This document shows, piece by piece, positions 26,792 through 36,775 of a DNA stretch of 41,621 nucleotides. Under the pieces are notes generated by a model. The model was not told where the DNA came from and did not search any database. It saw nothing but the letters and a program-made list of their open reading frames with translations. The DNA comes from Leptospirales bacterium. GTDB taxonomy: Bacteria > Spirochaetota > Leptospiria > Turneriellales > JAOUFE01. The stretch covers positions 1 to 41,621 of the forward strand of contig JBEQLE010000037.1 of the NCBI GenBank assembly GCA_040326155.1. Reading direction: 5' to 3'. Position numbers and translations under genes: made by a program. How positions within the stretch are numbered: the first letter of the stretch is position 1; the number at the start of each line of letters is the position of its first letter.

Positions 26792-27826
26792 TTATTGAAA
26801 GTTTTTCTTAATTCGATCTATGGAAGACTCTTTTTTCTTGTCTTTCTTTTTCTTGTCTTTCTTTTTATCAGACTTCTTATCACCTTTCTTATCACCTTTC
26901 TTTTTCTTGGTGTCGGTGTCTACTTTATCGTCGTCGGCATCGTCATCACCTTCGTCTTCTTTCGTATCGGTTTCCCCTTCCGTAGCCGGTTCCAGGTTGA
27001 GTTTTGCATACATTGCCGGGTAGGCTTTTTTAGCGGCAGCCACTTCTTTAGCATAATTAAATGCTATTTCGGCACCGGAGACATCGGCAGTAACAGGTTT
27101 AGTGTTACCGAACAGGGTTTCCATAAATACTTCATTCGTGTATTTATTAGTACCATCAAGGTAGTTTTTGCGAACAGCGCTTTCATTGCTCGAAGAAATA
27201 TCCATCGCTTCAAAAATTTTGGGCCCGTCAAAGACAATATTGACAGAATATTTTCCTTTCTTACCGCTGAGCTTCATGTTCGAAACTTTTACACTCTTGG
27301 CTTTTATATTGTAAGTTCTTTCAATTCGAGAAATTTCAATTGGTTTTTGAAACATACCTTTTTGTTTTCCCCAATCGGTGAGTTTCTTATTTACAACTTC
27401 GTCAACCTTTTCCGGGTCGCCTTCAGTAGATTTTTTCTCTTCGGTGCGAAATACCAATCTGTAACCATTCTTCGTCTCTTCGCGTTTAAACTTGAAGTAA
27501 AGGGTAATATTGTTAATTACCACTGTGTTAAAATCTGTAAAATACGCGGTACCCTCGAAGTTTACAGAGTTATCTTTTCCGGTTGAATATTTTACATTTT
27601 TCCAGGTATCTACTCCTGTTGATGAGGTTAAAATCGACTTAACGACTCTTTTCGCCGCATCGTCGAGAGTTTCCCCAGAGCGAATTTTAACATATAAAAA
27701 TGTTGTTTTCAGGGATATTTTTCCCCCGCCATCAGGGTTTAGCACATAATTCTCATTAGAACGTAAATTGCAAGCGCCGGCCATCATACCTGTAAGTAAG
27801 GCAATAGCTATAATATATTTTTTCAT
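26792..27826 (-). CDS. Hypothetical lipoprotein with acidic-then-basic low-complexity tail
   Basis: AAGGAG RBS, lipobox MAGAC and LNPDGGGK start of the mature domain. Tail EDEGDDDADDD...KKGDKKGDKKSDKKKD. Confidence 0.85.
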   Translation of the reverse strand: MKKYIIAIALLTGMMAGACNLRSNENYVLNPDGGGKISLKTTFLYVKIRSGETLDDAAKRVVKSILTSSTGVDTWKNVKYSTGKDNSVNFEGTAYFTDFNTVVINNITLYFKFKREETKNGYRLVFRTEEKKSTEGDPEKVDEVVNKKLTDWGKQKGMFQKPIEISRIERTYNIKAKSVKVSNMKLSGKKGKYSVNIVFDGPKIFEAMDISSSNESAVRKNYLDGTNKYTNEVFMETLFGNTKPVTADVSGAEIAFNYAKEVAAAKKAYPAMYAKLNLEPATEGETDTKEDEGDDDADDDKVDTDTKKKKGDKKGDKKSDKKKDKKKKDKKKESSIDRIKKNFQ

Positions 27827-28035
27827 TATTACTCCTTAAATTAAGTTTTATGAAGATCCACAGCTATAAATGCGATGTCAAGTCATAACTGTCCATAGTA
27901 TACACTTAATTTGTATTCATCGAATATTTTTATATAGCATAAAAAGAAAGTTTTTTTCTCGGGAGGGATATTCCTTTTGACACAACATGCAACTCCTTGA
28001 GTTCATACATAAAAATATCTAGACTTAGAGGAATT

Positions 28036-30942
28036 ATGAATTATAAAATCGGAGATACCGCATACAATTTCACATTAGAAACCGAATATACATCGGAAGA
28101 GCTTGCCTGTAAAATTCAAATATTTAGTCATGAAAAATTAAAAAACAACCTGATTGCAATTCAAAACGACGACCCCAATAAATGTTTTTGCGTAGGGTTT
28201 AAGACACCGCCTGCTGATTCAACGGGAGTTCCACATATCCTGGAACATTCGGTTTTATCTGGTTCACAAAAATATCCAATTAAGGATGTGTTCTCGGAAC
28301 TTATTAAAGGAAGTTTAACTACTTTCTTGAACGCAATGACATACAGCGATAAAACCTTGTACCCTTTTTCTACGCGAAACGAAAAAGAGTTTTTCAACTT
28401 AATGGATGTCTATCTCGATTTGACCCTGAATCCATCTCTGGAAGAAGATACGTTTATGCAAGAGGGGTGGCATTACAAAATCAGCGATCCCGATTCTTCG
28501 CTGAAATACAATGGCATTGTACTGAATGAAATGAAAGGCGTTTTCTCTGACCCCGTCAGAAAAATGTGGGAAAAGATTACGACTCACTTATTGCCCGATT
28601 CGACATATGCAAATTGCTCCGGAGGAGACCCTGAAAATATTCCCGATTTAACGTATGAAAACTTTGTGGCTTTCCATAAGCGATATTACCATCCGGCCAA
28701 TTCACATATTGTGGTTTATGGGGATATTCCACTCGAAAGGACGTTGAAAAAAATTGACGAAGATTTTTTCTCGAAAGTGAACTACGTCGATTCTGATGCG
28801 AAAATAAATAAAGGGAAGAAAATGGACGGTGCCATTGAAATCTCCGAGACCTATCAAACCGGCGAAGGCGGGGAACCGCTGGAATATTTGTCCATGGGAA
28901 TTGAAACCGGCGAAATAAATACGGTGGAACATAATATTGCCATGGAAATTCTGACAAACCTGCTTTTTAACTCAGAAGCCTCCCTGCTTAAAATAGACCT
29001 GTTGAAAGCCGGCGCTGGTTCAGAAATCGGATGTTTTTACAACGATACCTTTTTAAGTTTTCTATTTATATATATAATCGGAGCCAATGAAAAAAGCGGT
29101 CAGATACTGAAAGAGACGTATGCGAATACTTTAAAAGTTCTCATCAAGGAAGGTATACCGCAAGACCTTATTTTGTCAGAAATTAACTCCTACGACTTTC
29201 ACAAAAGAGAACTTACAACAAGCGCGAAGCGGGGCATGGACTTTACCCTCGAAGCGATGAGCTCTCTTATGTACGGACTCGATATTGTTAACTCTCTGGA
29301 GACCACCCGGATACTGGATAAAATACGCGAGGAAGCTTTAAACAATAGATATTTTGAAAAACTAATAGAACAGATTTTGCTGAACAATGACAACACCGTT
29401 TTGTATTCTATGAGTCCTGGCGAAGATAAAAGCGGAGCTCAAGATGCGGAGAGTAAAAAACTCGTAGAAATTAAAGAATCTTTATCTGAAAATGAGGTTG
29501 CGGAATTTATTAATAAAGCAGCCGCGCTCGAAAAGAAGCAACAAGAACCCTCCCCGGAAGATAAGATAAAACTTCTGCCAAAACTGAAGCTAAGCGATAT
29601 TACCCCGGAATTTGAAAAACTTGCTTTGCGGGAAAGTTCAATCGAAGGTGTAAAAACAATTATTACAGAAAACCGGACCAGCGGTATAAACCATCTGAAT
29701 ATCGGGTTTGAGACAAAACACATAGAACCGGAATTGTTATCTTACCTTTCCATTTTCGGACAAATTATAACGGAAATTGGCACAAAAAAAAGAGACTATG
29801 TTGAGCTGGCCAAATTTACAAATACCTACACAGGCGGCCTGGCATCCGATTTTACAAGTTACAGTAAAAAAGGAGACGCCACCAGCTACACTCCTATGCT
29901 GTGGTTTCATATGAAATTTCTGGATCAATATGAAGAGCAGGCTTTTGATCTGCTGGATGATATTTTGACCGACGCAGACTTTACAAATAAAACTAGACTG
30001 GCTGAAATAATTGACCGCTCTTATAGTGCTTTGCAATACAACATTACATCGGAAGGATATTTTATTCCTGTGAACAGGGTAAGCGCCTATATCAGCGAAC
30101 GTGGAATGTACAATGAACTTGTAGACGGGTATAGCTCTTTTCAAGAGATCTCCAAATGGAAAGGCAAAAAGGGAGATGACTTAGACGGTTTTATTGATAT
30201 AATGAATCGGTTGGCGAAAGAAATAGTGAACCGGAAAAAAGCTCTGGTCCATTTTACCTGTGAACCAGCAAGGACAAACGCAGTAGAAAAGAAGATTCAG
30301 GCTACACTTCAAAAACTGCCCGAAGCCGATTTTACGGACGTAAAGATTATATTACCTGTGCTAACAACAAACCAGGCATTTTCGACTCCTGCGGATGTAG
30401 TATATGCAGTACTCGGGGGTAATATTATTGAATCGGGAATTCCCTATTCAGGAAAACTCGAAGTATTGCGAAAGTTCATTGATCGGGACTATCTTTATAA
30501 CCAGATTCGAGTTCTCGGCGGAGCGTATGGAAACTTCTCACGATTAAATCGCTTTAATGGGAATCTAATTTATATTAGTTACCGTGACCCCAATATAAAA
30601 AGTACTTTTGAAGCTTTTTACGGTATACCCGACATGTTAAGTTCGCTTGAAATATCAGAGTATGCATTGGACCAGATTAAAATTTCAACTTACAATTCAT
30701 TTGACCCATTATTGAGCGCCGCCCAGAAAGGTTCGAAAGCGCGAGATCAATTGTTGCACGGCTTAACACTGGAAGATACAAAACAAATTGTCGATGAAAT
30801 TATGAACACTACGGCCACGGACCTGCGCGAGATGGCCGACGGATTTGCGAAATACATGAAAAGCAGTGTTATCAGTATTATTGGAAGTGGGGAAAAAATC
30901 GAAGCTGAAAAGGATCGATTTTCAGAAATTATTGCAATTTAA
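28036..30942 (+). CDS. M16C (presequence protease/PreP-like) zinc metallopeptidase
   Basis: Inverted zincin HILEH, FLNAMTY, QEGWH, NEMKG and IRVLGGAYG. GAGG before ATG 28036. Confidence 0.93.
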   Translation: MNYKIGDTAYNFTLETEYTSEELACKIQIFSHEKLKNNLIAIQNDDPNKCFCVGFKTPPADSTGVPHILEHSVLSGSQKYPIKDVFSELIKGSLTTFLNAMTYSDKTLYPFSTRNEKEFFNLMDVYLDLTLNPSLEEDTFMQEGWHYKISDPDSSLKYNGIVLNEMKGVFSDPVRKMWEKITTHLLPDSTYANCSGGDPENIPDLTYENFVAFHKRYYHPANSHIVVYGDIPLERTLKKIDEDFFSKVNYVDSDAKINKGKKMDGAIEISETYQTGEGGEPLEYLSMGIETGEINTVEHNIAMEILTNLLFNSEASLLKIDLLKAGAGSEIGCFYNDTFLSFLFIYIIGANEKSGQILKETYANTLKVLIKEGIPQDLILSEINSYDFHKRELTTSAKRGMDFTLEAMSSLMYGLDIVNSLETTRILDKIREEALNNRYFEKLIEQILLNNDNTVLYSMSPGEDKSGAQDAESKKLVEIKESLSENEVAEFINKAAALEKKQQEPSPEDKIKLLPKLKLSDITPEFEKLALRESSIEGVKTIITENRTSGINHLNIGFETKHIEPELLSYLSIFGQIITEIGTKKRDYVELAKFTNTYTGGLASDFTSYSKKGDATSYTPMLWFHMKFLDQYEEQAFDLLDDILTDADFTNKTRLAEIIDRSYSALQYNITSEGYFIPVNRVSAYISERGMYNELVDGYSSFQEISKWKGKKGDDLDGFIDIMNRLAKEIVNRKKALVHFTCEPARTNAVEKKIQATLQKLPEADFTDVKIILPVLTTNQAFSTPADVVYAVLGGNIIESGIPYSGKLEVLRKFIDRDYLYNQIRVLGGAYGNFSRLNRFNGNLIYISYRDPNIKSTFEAFYGIPDMLSSLEISEYALDQIKISTYNSFDPLLSAAQKGSKARDQLLHGLTLEDTKQIVDEIMNTTATDLREMADGFAKYMKSSVISIIGSGEKIEAEKDRFSEIIAI

Positions 30943-31011
30943 TCTGGTTTCAAAAATTAGTATCGAATTGTTTTTTCCTTTACAGGCGATGGCAATGCTC
31001 TCCCTTACACT

Positions 31012-31890
31012 ATGGGTGCCGAAGCAAGTAATGTAAAAAAAGTTTCGTTTTTTTCTAAAGACGTAAGTACTTGTCCAATATGTATGACCGATCACCAGAA
31101 AGAGGAATTGCTTTCCGGTGGAGGACGTCTTATTGCCGGCAAGTTAACCAATGAACTACGCAGGTTATACCAGGAGAGTAAAAAATATGGAACCATCTAT
31201 CCGTTAGCATATCAGGTACAGGTTTGCCCAAAGTGTTTATTCTCAGCCTATCCTAGAGATTTTGCAAAAGTTGCAAAGGAAGATAGTGAAGCACTCAAGA
31301 AAACCATAGAACATCGTTCTACTCTGGTAAAAACCCTGTTTGGTCCGGTTGACTTTAAAGAACCTAGAATGCTTGTACACGGAGCCGCCTCTTATATTCT
31401 AGCAATCGATTGTTACCATTTAAGAAGTTCAAGTGTAGCGCCCACCATGAAAAAAGCAGTCTCTTGTATGCGGGCGGCGTGGCTATTGAGCGATCTGTTC
31501 GCACAGGCATCTTATCGACCCTATGACCAGGTAATGGATTTTTATTACATGGAAGCGGTTAAAAATTATCTCAAAACACTTGAGATTATGCAAACGGGGG
31601 CCGAACCGGTTGAGGCGGAATCCTACATACTGGGGCCGGACCTGGAAAAAAACTGGGGATATGACGGAGTAATTTATTTAAACTCATACTTGACCCGTAA
31701 ATACCTTGATCGAATGGCCACTACCCCGAAAGAAAAAAAAGAGACTCTCGAACGATCAAAACGCTACTTATCTAAACTTTATGGGTCTGGAAAATCCTCC
31801 AAAAATAAGCCATCGGCGATTGTCGATATGGCCAAAGATCTTTACGATGAAATGGGAGACCTGATTAAACAATTTGAAACACAAATCTAA
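31012..31890 (+). CDS. DUF2225-family protein (N-terminal Zn ribbon plus helical domain)
   Basis: CPIC...VCPKCLFSA, LSGGGRL and RAAWL. Confidence 0.8.
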   Translation: MGAEASNVKKVSFFSKDVSTCPICMTDHQKEELLSGGGRLIAGKLTNELRRLYQESKKYGTIYPLAYQVQVCPKCLFSAYPRDFAKVAKEDSEALKKTIEHRSTLVKTLFGPVDFKEPRMLVHGAASYILAIDCYHLRSSSVAPTMKKAVSCMRAAWLLSDLFAQASYRPYDQVMDFYYMEAVKNYLKTLEIMQTGAEPVEAESYILGPDLEKNWGYDGVIYLNSYLTRKYLDRMATTPKEKKETLERSKRYLSKLYGSGKSSKNKPSAIVDMAKDLYDEMGDLIKQFETQI

Positions 31891-31907
31891 TTTTCAATTT
31901 CTCTTAC

Positions 31908-34580
31908 ATGAATCTTAAAATAATACGTAACTCTTTTATCTTTGCAATTGTTGTTTTTACTACTGGTTTAAGTGACACCTATGCTGAAAACTCAATTGGG
32001 TTAAACCCTTTGACAGGTAAAACCGGGCCTGGTTTTCAAGTCAATAACGAATTTGAATCGCAAGGTGTGAACCCCGGGGCTGCGGGTTTTATTGAAAAAT
32101 TTACGATAGGCGGCGGGTATTTTAATTATGGAAATTATGCAAGCGCCTGGAGCGCAGTTGTATTGCCAATTTCAATTGCCAATGTAAGTATACAGTATGC
32201 GAGAGAGACGTCGCAGTTAAATTCAGATTTTACAAACAGTATATTTATCGGATATTCAAAAAGCTACCTTGGGGTATTATCTATTGGCATTCAAACATCG
32301 CTTCATGTAGCAAACACAGGAGAATACCAGGTCGGCATTAACCCTGGGTTTGTTTACCGGGGAAACTTCATCAATGGAAAAAGTATGAACGGGTTTTTTA
32401 CCGGTTGGTATTTTTACTCCAACCTGGATTACAGATTCGTAGATAATTTTAGCGCAAAAATGAATACCGGCTTCGTTTTCGACATTTACAAGAATGCTGT
32501 GTTTTCTACACGAATTCTGGCAGAATCGAAAGCTCCCGACTTTAACTCACAAACATACCCATTCCTGGTTGCGCTGGGTTTCACTTGGCAATCTGTAAGT
32601 TTTCGAACCGGGTACTATTTTACAAGCACGAACACCAATAGCAACAACAATGATTCGAGAGTAGGAGCAGGTATCGGTTATTCGCCTGCATTTTCAATAC
32701 ACAATTTCTCTTTGAATTATGGAATCAATATGGGATTATCCACTGGCGCCGATTTCAACCATTCGATCTCTTTATCTGGATCGTTCGGTCATGTGGATAA
32801 AATACCGCCTAATGTGAAAATTCAAAAGCTGACACAACACCTTTCGCCAAACGGGGACGGAGTTAAAGACTTTATCTGGTTTGAAATTGGTTTGCAAGGA
32901 ACAAACAGACTGAATGACTGGCGTCTGGAAATAAAAAATTCCCATGGAAAAATTGTAAAAACCTTTCGCAAAGACAAAAGAGAAATGATACGCAATGCGC
33001 TTCCAGGCGCTGTAATAACAGGATTTTTCTCCAAAAAGGTTTACGAAGATATTCCGAAAAAAATATTCTGGGCCGGTACGCGAGATGGAGACTACACTCA
33101 GAATATCGAAAGTGAATCAGACGATCTTTTTTTTCTACCGGAAGGCAGGTATACGTACAATTTATCTGTAACCGACCAAAGCGGAAATGTAAACGACCAG
33201 GTAAATGGAGAAGTGTTTATTGATAAAACGCCTCCTGATATCAGCCTGGATGTTCGTAGAAATTATATTAAGCCCGGCAGCAGGGATTCTTTCAGGAAAA
33301 TAAAAATATACCAGAGAGCGAGAAAGGATACCGGGGTAAAATACTCCTCGCAAATTATCGATGCGCAAGGCGGTATTATACAGAGTGTTCTATGGAAAAA
33401 TTATCCAGACAGGGACGCTTCCTGGGATGGAAAAAACGAAGAGGGAGAGATCGTTCCTCCGGGGCGTTACTTTTATATTTTCCAGGCAACCGATCTGGCC
33501 GGCAATACAACAAGATTGAAAAGCCGCCCTGTTTATGTAATCGAAAATGATACGCCTCTGGTTTACATTGAGAGTAATAAACAAGATTTTAATCCTGAAA
33601 AACACCAACTCCTGCTTTCTCCCTATGCGGATAAAAAACGAAGTTTGGCACACTGGAATATATTTATTGGCGAGATGGCCAAAAACGAAAATTCAGAACC
33701 AACGATAATAAAACAGTGGAGTGGCGACAGAACCGATTTGCCGGACTCACTAAAGTGGGATCCCAAAGAGGACATGGCGATTTCTGATACAGAACTACAA
33801 ATATGGTTCGAAGTAGAATACAAGAATGGAACCAGCGTAATATCCCCGCCCATTCGCATTGAATTTGATACCCAGGCTCCAACGGCCAATGTGCGGACCA
33901 TAAGAAAGAAATTCTCGCCAGATGGCGATGGAGTTTCCGATACGGAAATATTTTATATATCCATGAAGGATAAAGTTGAAATAAAAAATTATAAACTGAC
34001 AATTTACGAAGTTATTCCGGGAGCGGTCGATAAAGCGGAAGAGGTTTTTCGACAATGGGAAGGTAAAGGTCGTTTTACGGGTAAAATCTATTGGGACGGT
34101 CTTTCGCAGGATGGTTTGTATGTCCAGAGTAAGCACGTATACCGTTACCAGCTCACAGTAACGGACAACTCCGGCAATATTTACAGCTCACGAAAAAAGT
34201 CAATACTCTCCGAAGTTCTCTTTTTTAACGATGTGGACAATTTGAAAGTTATACTGACCAGCGCAGACTTTGTATATAAAAGTCACAAGATAAAACCCCA
34301 GGCTCACGCTGTTTTAAACCGCTTTGTCAGATTGCTGAAAAAATACCCGACTTATAGAATTCGAGTTGAAGTCCATACTTCAGAAGGAGGCGAAGAAGAG
34401 AGCAATATTATCTTATCAGAAAAAAGGGCTAAAACAGTTATGCTTTATTTAGGCAATAAAGGAATCTCTCGAGAACGATTGGCTTACCAGGGGCTGGGGA
34501 ATATTCGGCCCATTCGTAAGGGAGAGGAAAAAACCGATACTTATAAAAACGAAAGAGTGGAACTTATACTTATCCGTTAA
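31908..34580 (+). CDS. Outer-membrane protein: N-terminal beta-barrel, FlgD/CHU_C-like Ig repeats, C-terminal OmpA-like domain
   Basis: SPNGDGVKD and SPDGDGVSD, WDGK...GRY, and LSEKRA.TV..YL...GI...RL...ERVE. Confidence 0.85.
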   Translation: MNLKIIRNSFIFAIVVFTTGLSDTYAENSIGLNPLTGKTGPGFQVNNEFESQGVNPGAAGFIEKFTIGGGYFNYGNYASAWSAVVLPISIANVSIQYARETSQLNSDFTNSIFIGYSKSYLGVLSIGIQTSLHVANTGEYQVGINPGFVYRGNFINGKSMNGFFTGWYFYSNLDYRFVDNFSAKMNTGFVFDIYKNAVFSTRILAESKAPDFNSQTYPFLVALGFTWQSVSFRTGYYFTSTNTNSNNNDSRVGAGIGYSPAFSIHNFSLNYGINMGLSTGADFNHSISLSGSFGHVDKIPPNVKIQKLTQHLSPNGDGVKDFIWFEIGLQGTNRLNDWRLEIKNSHGKIVKTFRKDKREMIRNALPGAVITGFFSKKVYEDIPKKIFWAGTRDGDYTQNIESESDDLFFLPEGRYTYNLSVTDQSGNVNDQVNGEVFIDKTPPDISLDVRRNYIKPGSRDSFRKIKIYQRARKDTGVKYSSQIIDAQGGIIQSVLWKNYPDRDASWDGKNEEGEIVPPGRYFYIFQATDLAGNTTRLKSRPVYVIENDTPLVYIESNKQDFNPEKHQLLLSPYADKKRSLAHWNIFIGEMAKNENSEPTIIKQWSGDRTDLPDSLKWDPKEDMAISDTELQIWFEVEYKNGTSVISPPIRIEFDTQAPTANVRTIRKKFSPDGDGVSDTEIFYISMKDKVEIKNYKLTIYEVIPGAVDKAEEVFRQWEGKGRFTGKIYWDGLSQDGLYVQSKHVYRYQLTVTDNSGNIYSSRKKSILSEVLFFNDVDNLKVILTSADFVYKSHKIKPQAHAVLNRFVRLLKKYPTYRIRVEVHTSEGGEEESNIILSEKRAKTVMLYLGNKGISRERLAYQGLGNIRPIRKGEEKTDTYKNERVELILIR

Positions 34581-34950
34581 AAGCAATTTTCGGAGTATCC
34601 GCCCAGAGATCTTCCAGATTATAGAGTTCCCGAACTTCTTTTAAAAATATATGAACAAGAAAACCGCCGCAATCCAGGACAACCCACCCACTCTCATAGT
34701 CTGTCTGATTTGGAACAATCTTTAAAAAAGTTTTTTGCTTTTTCAAAAGCCCGATAGCGTCATTTGTCAGTTTTTTCAGGTGAACGGTAGAGAGCGCAGT
34801 AACAATTAAAAACCAGGAGGAGTATCCATAGATAGGAGTCATGTCTAATGAAATAATATCTTCAGCCTTGTCTTCGTTGAAAATATTGCATAATTCCAAT
34901 CGTAAATTGTTTTCGTTGCTTAAATCGGGTAAATCTTTTTTCTTAATCAT
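34570..34950 (-). CDS. rsfS: Ribosome silencing factor
   Basis: DKAEDI, GWVVLDCG, VHIF and RELYNLEDLW. The start at 34950 overlaps the LCP stop. Confidence 0.92.
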   Translation of the reverse strand: MIKKKDLPDLSNENNLRLELCNIFNEDKAEDIISLDMTPIYGYSSWFLIVTALSTVHLKKLTNDAIGLLKKQKTFLKIVPNQTDYESGWVVLDCGGFLVHIFLKEVRELYNLEDLWADTPKIAFNG

Positions 34951-36115
34951 TTTTTCCAGCTGTAAAAGTCTCATGGTCGTCTCCCAGAATTAGAATTACA
35001 TCTGTAAACAACGATTTGTTTACAGCAGCGTAATATTTCTGAATTCCAAGATTGCGAGCCATGCTCATTAAATAATAGGGATTTGCACTAGTGTCAAGAA
35101 GAATACTCTTTTTATAATTATTTCGGTCGGCATTTGAAAACTCTAAAACTGTTACACCTTTTCGGCTTAAACTGCGACCTGTTTTTTTTGCAAGGTGAGC
35201 TGTGTTTGTTCCATTTCTGACTTCAACCCTCGGTACTTCGCCAAGATATGGATTCTTCGGATTACTTAATTGTTTGTTCAGATTTTTCAAATAGAGCGCG
35301 GCTGCGTCCGGGGCCAAGTAGAATTGGTCAACTTCCCTTTTTACCGGAATTTCCATAAAAAAGGTCAACCAGTTTTCTGTTCCAAACACAATATTCCCTA
35401 AAAATATCATGTCCGCCATCGAGAGGTCCGTTTTCAATCCTGTTTTAGCCACGACAAAGATTTCCGGTTGTTTTATAATATCCCACTTCGTTTTTTTATC
35501 GTTCCAGAAATTCAAAAACAGAGTATAATGAGAAAACATTTGTATTGCATTTGCAGCTTCGTTTGTATTATCGGGAATAAGAATTTTTTTAACCATAGAT
35601 CCATCGAGAACAAACTCCCCCTGCGGCAGGTCCGATTCGCTTCCATCCGGATTCCAATGAAAATATTTAACGCCCTCGGCGAGATCAATTAGATTTGAAA
35701 TAAACTCAAAGTCTGTAACTAAATGATATTCAATCGGAATGTTTAAAATAGTGGAAAGTTCTTTTTTAATTTCAGCGATATCACTTAATCCAGATTCCCG
35801 TATTTTCTCATTCAGTGAAATGCCTGTGGGGTTTAAACGTGTTGATGGATAAAAGGAGATAAAACCGATTCGAGAAGTTTTTGGATACACATGAGCCACG
35901 GCAAGAAAAGTGGTTTCCCAGTCCTGGGATTTCGTGTCCTGAACATTCAGAATTAAAATTCCAAACGGTTCTCCATTTCGAAAGTAGTTTTGAATTTTTG
36001 AGCTGTTCGTAAACTCATAAAAATAATAACCCCCGCTGCCAATTAAGCTAAAGAAAATTATAGATAACGTTAATTTTGCCAAAATTTTTTTTTGGGGGGG
36101 ATTTTTATTTTCCAT
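34943..36115 (-). CDS. LCP (LytR-CpsA-Psr)-like protein with LytR_C domain
   Basis: N-terminal TM and C-terminal VEVRNGT...LA...NAD...DVILILGDD. Lies between yqeK and rsfS. Confidence 0.85.
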   Translation of the reverse strand: MENKNPPQKKILAKLTLSIIFFSLIGSGGYYFYEFTNSSKIQNYFRNGEPFGILILNVQDTKSQDWETTFLAVAHVYPKTSRIGFISFYPSTRLNPTGISLNEKIRESGLSDIAEIKKELSTILNIPIEYHLVTDFEFISNLIDLAEGVKYFHWNPDGSESDLPQGEFVLDGSMVKKILIPDNTNEAANAIQMFSHYTLFLNFWNDKKTKWDIIKQPEIFVVAKTGLKTDLSMADMIFLGNIVFGTENWLTFFMEIPVKREVDQFYLAPDAAALYLKNLNKQLSNPKNPYLGEVPRVEVRNGTNTAHLAKKTGRSLSRKGVTVLEFSNADRNNYKKSILLDTSANPYYLMSMARNLGIQKYYAAVNKSLFTDVILILGDDHETFTAGKND

Positions 36116-36716
36116 ACATGCTTTCTATTAAATGATGATAAAAATCAATTGTGTCATGGTGAACAGGCTTATTTTCTTCCACCAGATATATCAAAGAAGA
36201 GGTTGTTTTTTCTAAACAAAGAGTATCCAGCGATTTATCTATGTCCAAATCGGAATTTATCATATGTTTAGAACTGAAATAATCAGCTGCAAATACAATT
36301 TTTGCGACAATCCCCATACCAGGATTTCCTGTCGTATGAAACCGTATGGCCTCCAGAATTTCGGGGTCATTCACATTAAGATTCTTTCGAACATAAACTT
36401 TCCCTGTAATGGCATGCCAGAGTGACTTTGGAAATTCATCTAGTTTCTCAGACTGGTTTTGTTGCTGCATTAAATCTCTGTGAGTTTGTTCTTTAAACTC
36501 TTTTGTGATATCATGCAAAATCGCCGCCGTGACGCACTTTTCGATTTTCTCTTTTTCTATACGATTGTTTTTAGCAATAATATTAGCTATGGCCGCACAA
36601 TAAAGACAATGATTATGCCTGCTTTCACTGAGAATTGTTTTAACAGACTGGTCGTAATACAGTAAATTCCGATCTAGATCTATTTTCGTTTGAATTTCTA
36701 ATATTAAATCTTGCAT
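36105..36716 (-). CDS. yqeK: YqeK-type HD-domain hydrolase (symmetrical Ap4A hydrolase)
   Basis: RHNH, LHDITK, WHAITG, IRFHTTG and FAADY. Adjacent to LCP-rsfS. Confidence 0.85.
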   Translation of the reverse strand: MQDLILEIQTKIDLDRNLLYYDQSVKTILSESRHNHCLYCAAIANIIAKNNRIEKEKIEKCVTAAILHDITKEFKEQTHRDLMQQQNQSEKLDEFPKSLWHAITGKVYVRKNLNVNDPEILEAIRFHTTGNPGMGIVAKIVFAADYFSSKHMINSDLDIDKSLDTLCLEKTTSSLIYLVEENKPVHHDTIDFYHHLIESMYGK

Positions 36717-36729
36717 ACCCTGGAAAAGC

Positions 36730-36758
36730 ATTATATTATACTCTTTTCAATTTGTCAC
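36730..36758 (-). promoter_or_regulatory. Putative sigma70 promoter of yqeK-LCP-rsfS
   Basis: GTGACA (36758-36753)-N17-TATAAT (36735-36730). Confidence 0.55.
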
Positions 36759-36775
36759 GAATATTAAAATACACT

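Noticed and set aside
26795..27586. 263-aa hydrophobic + strand ORF
   Set aside because: Antisense of the Lys/Asp-rich lipoprotein. Its Phe/Leu richness comes from complemented AAA/AAG codons.
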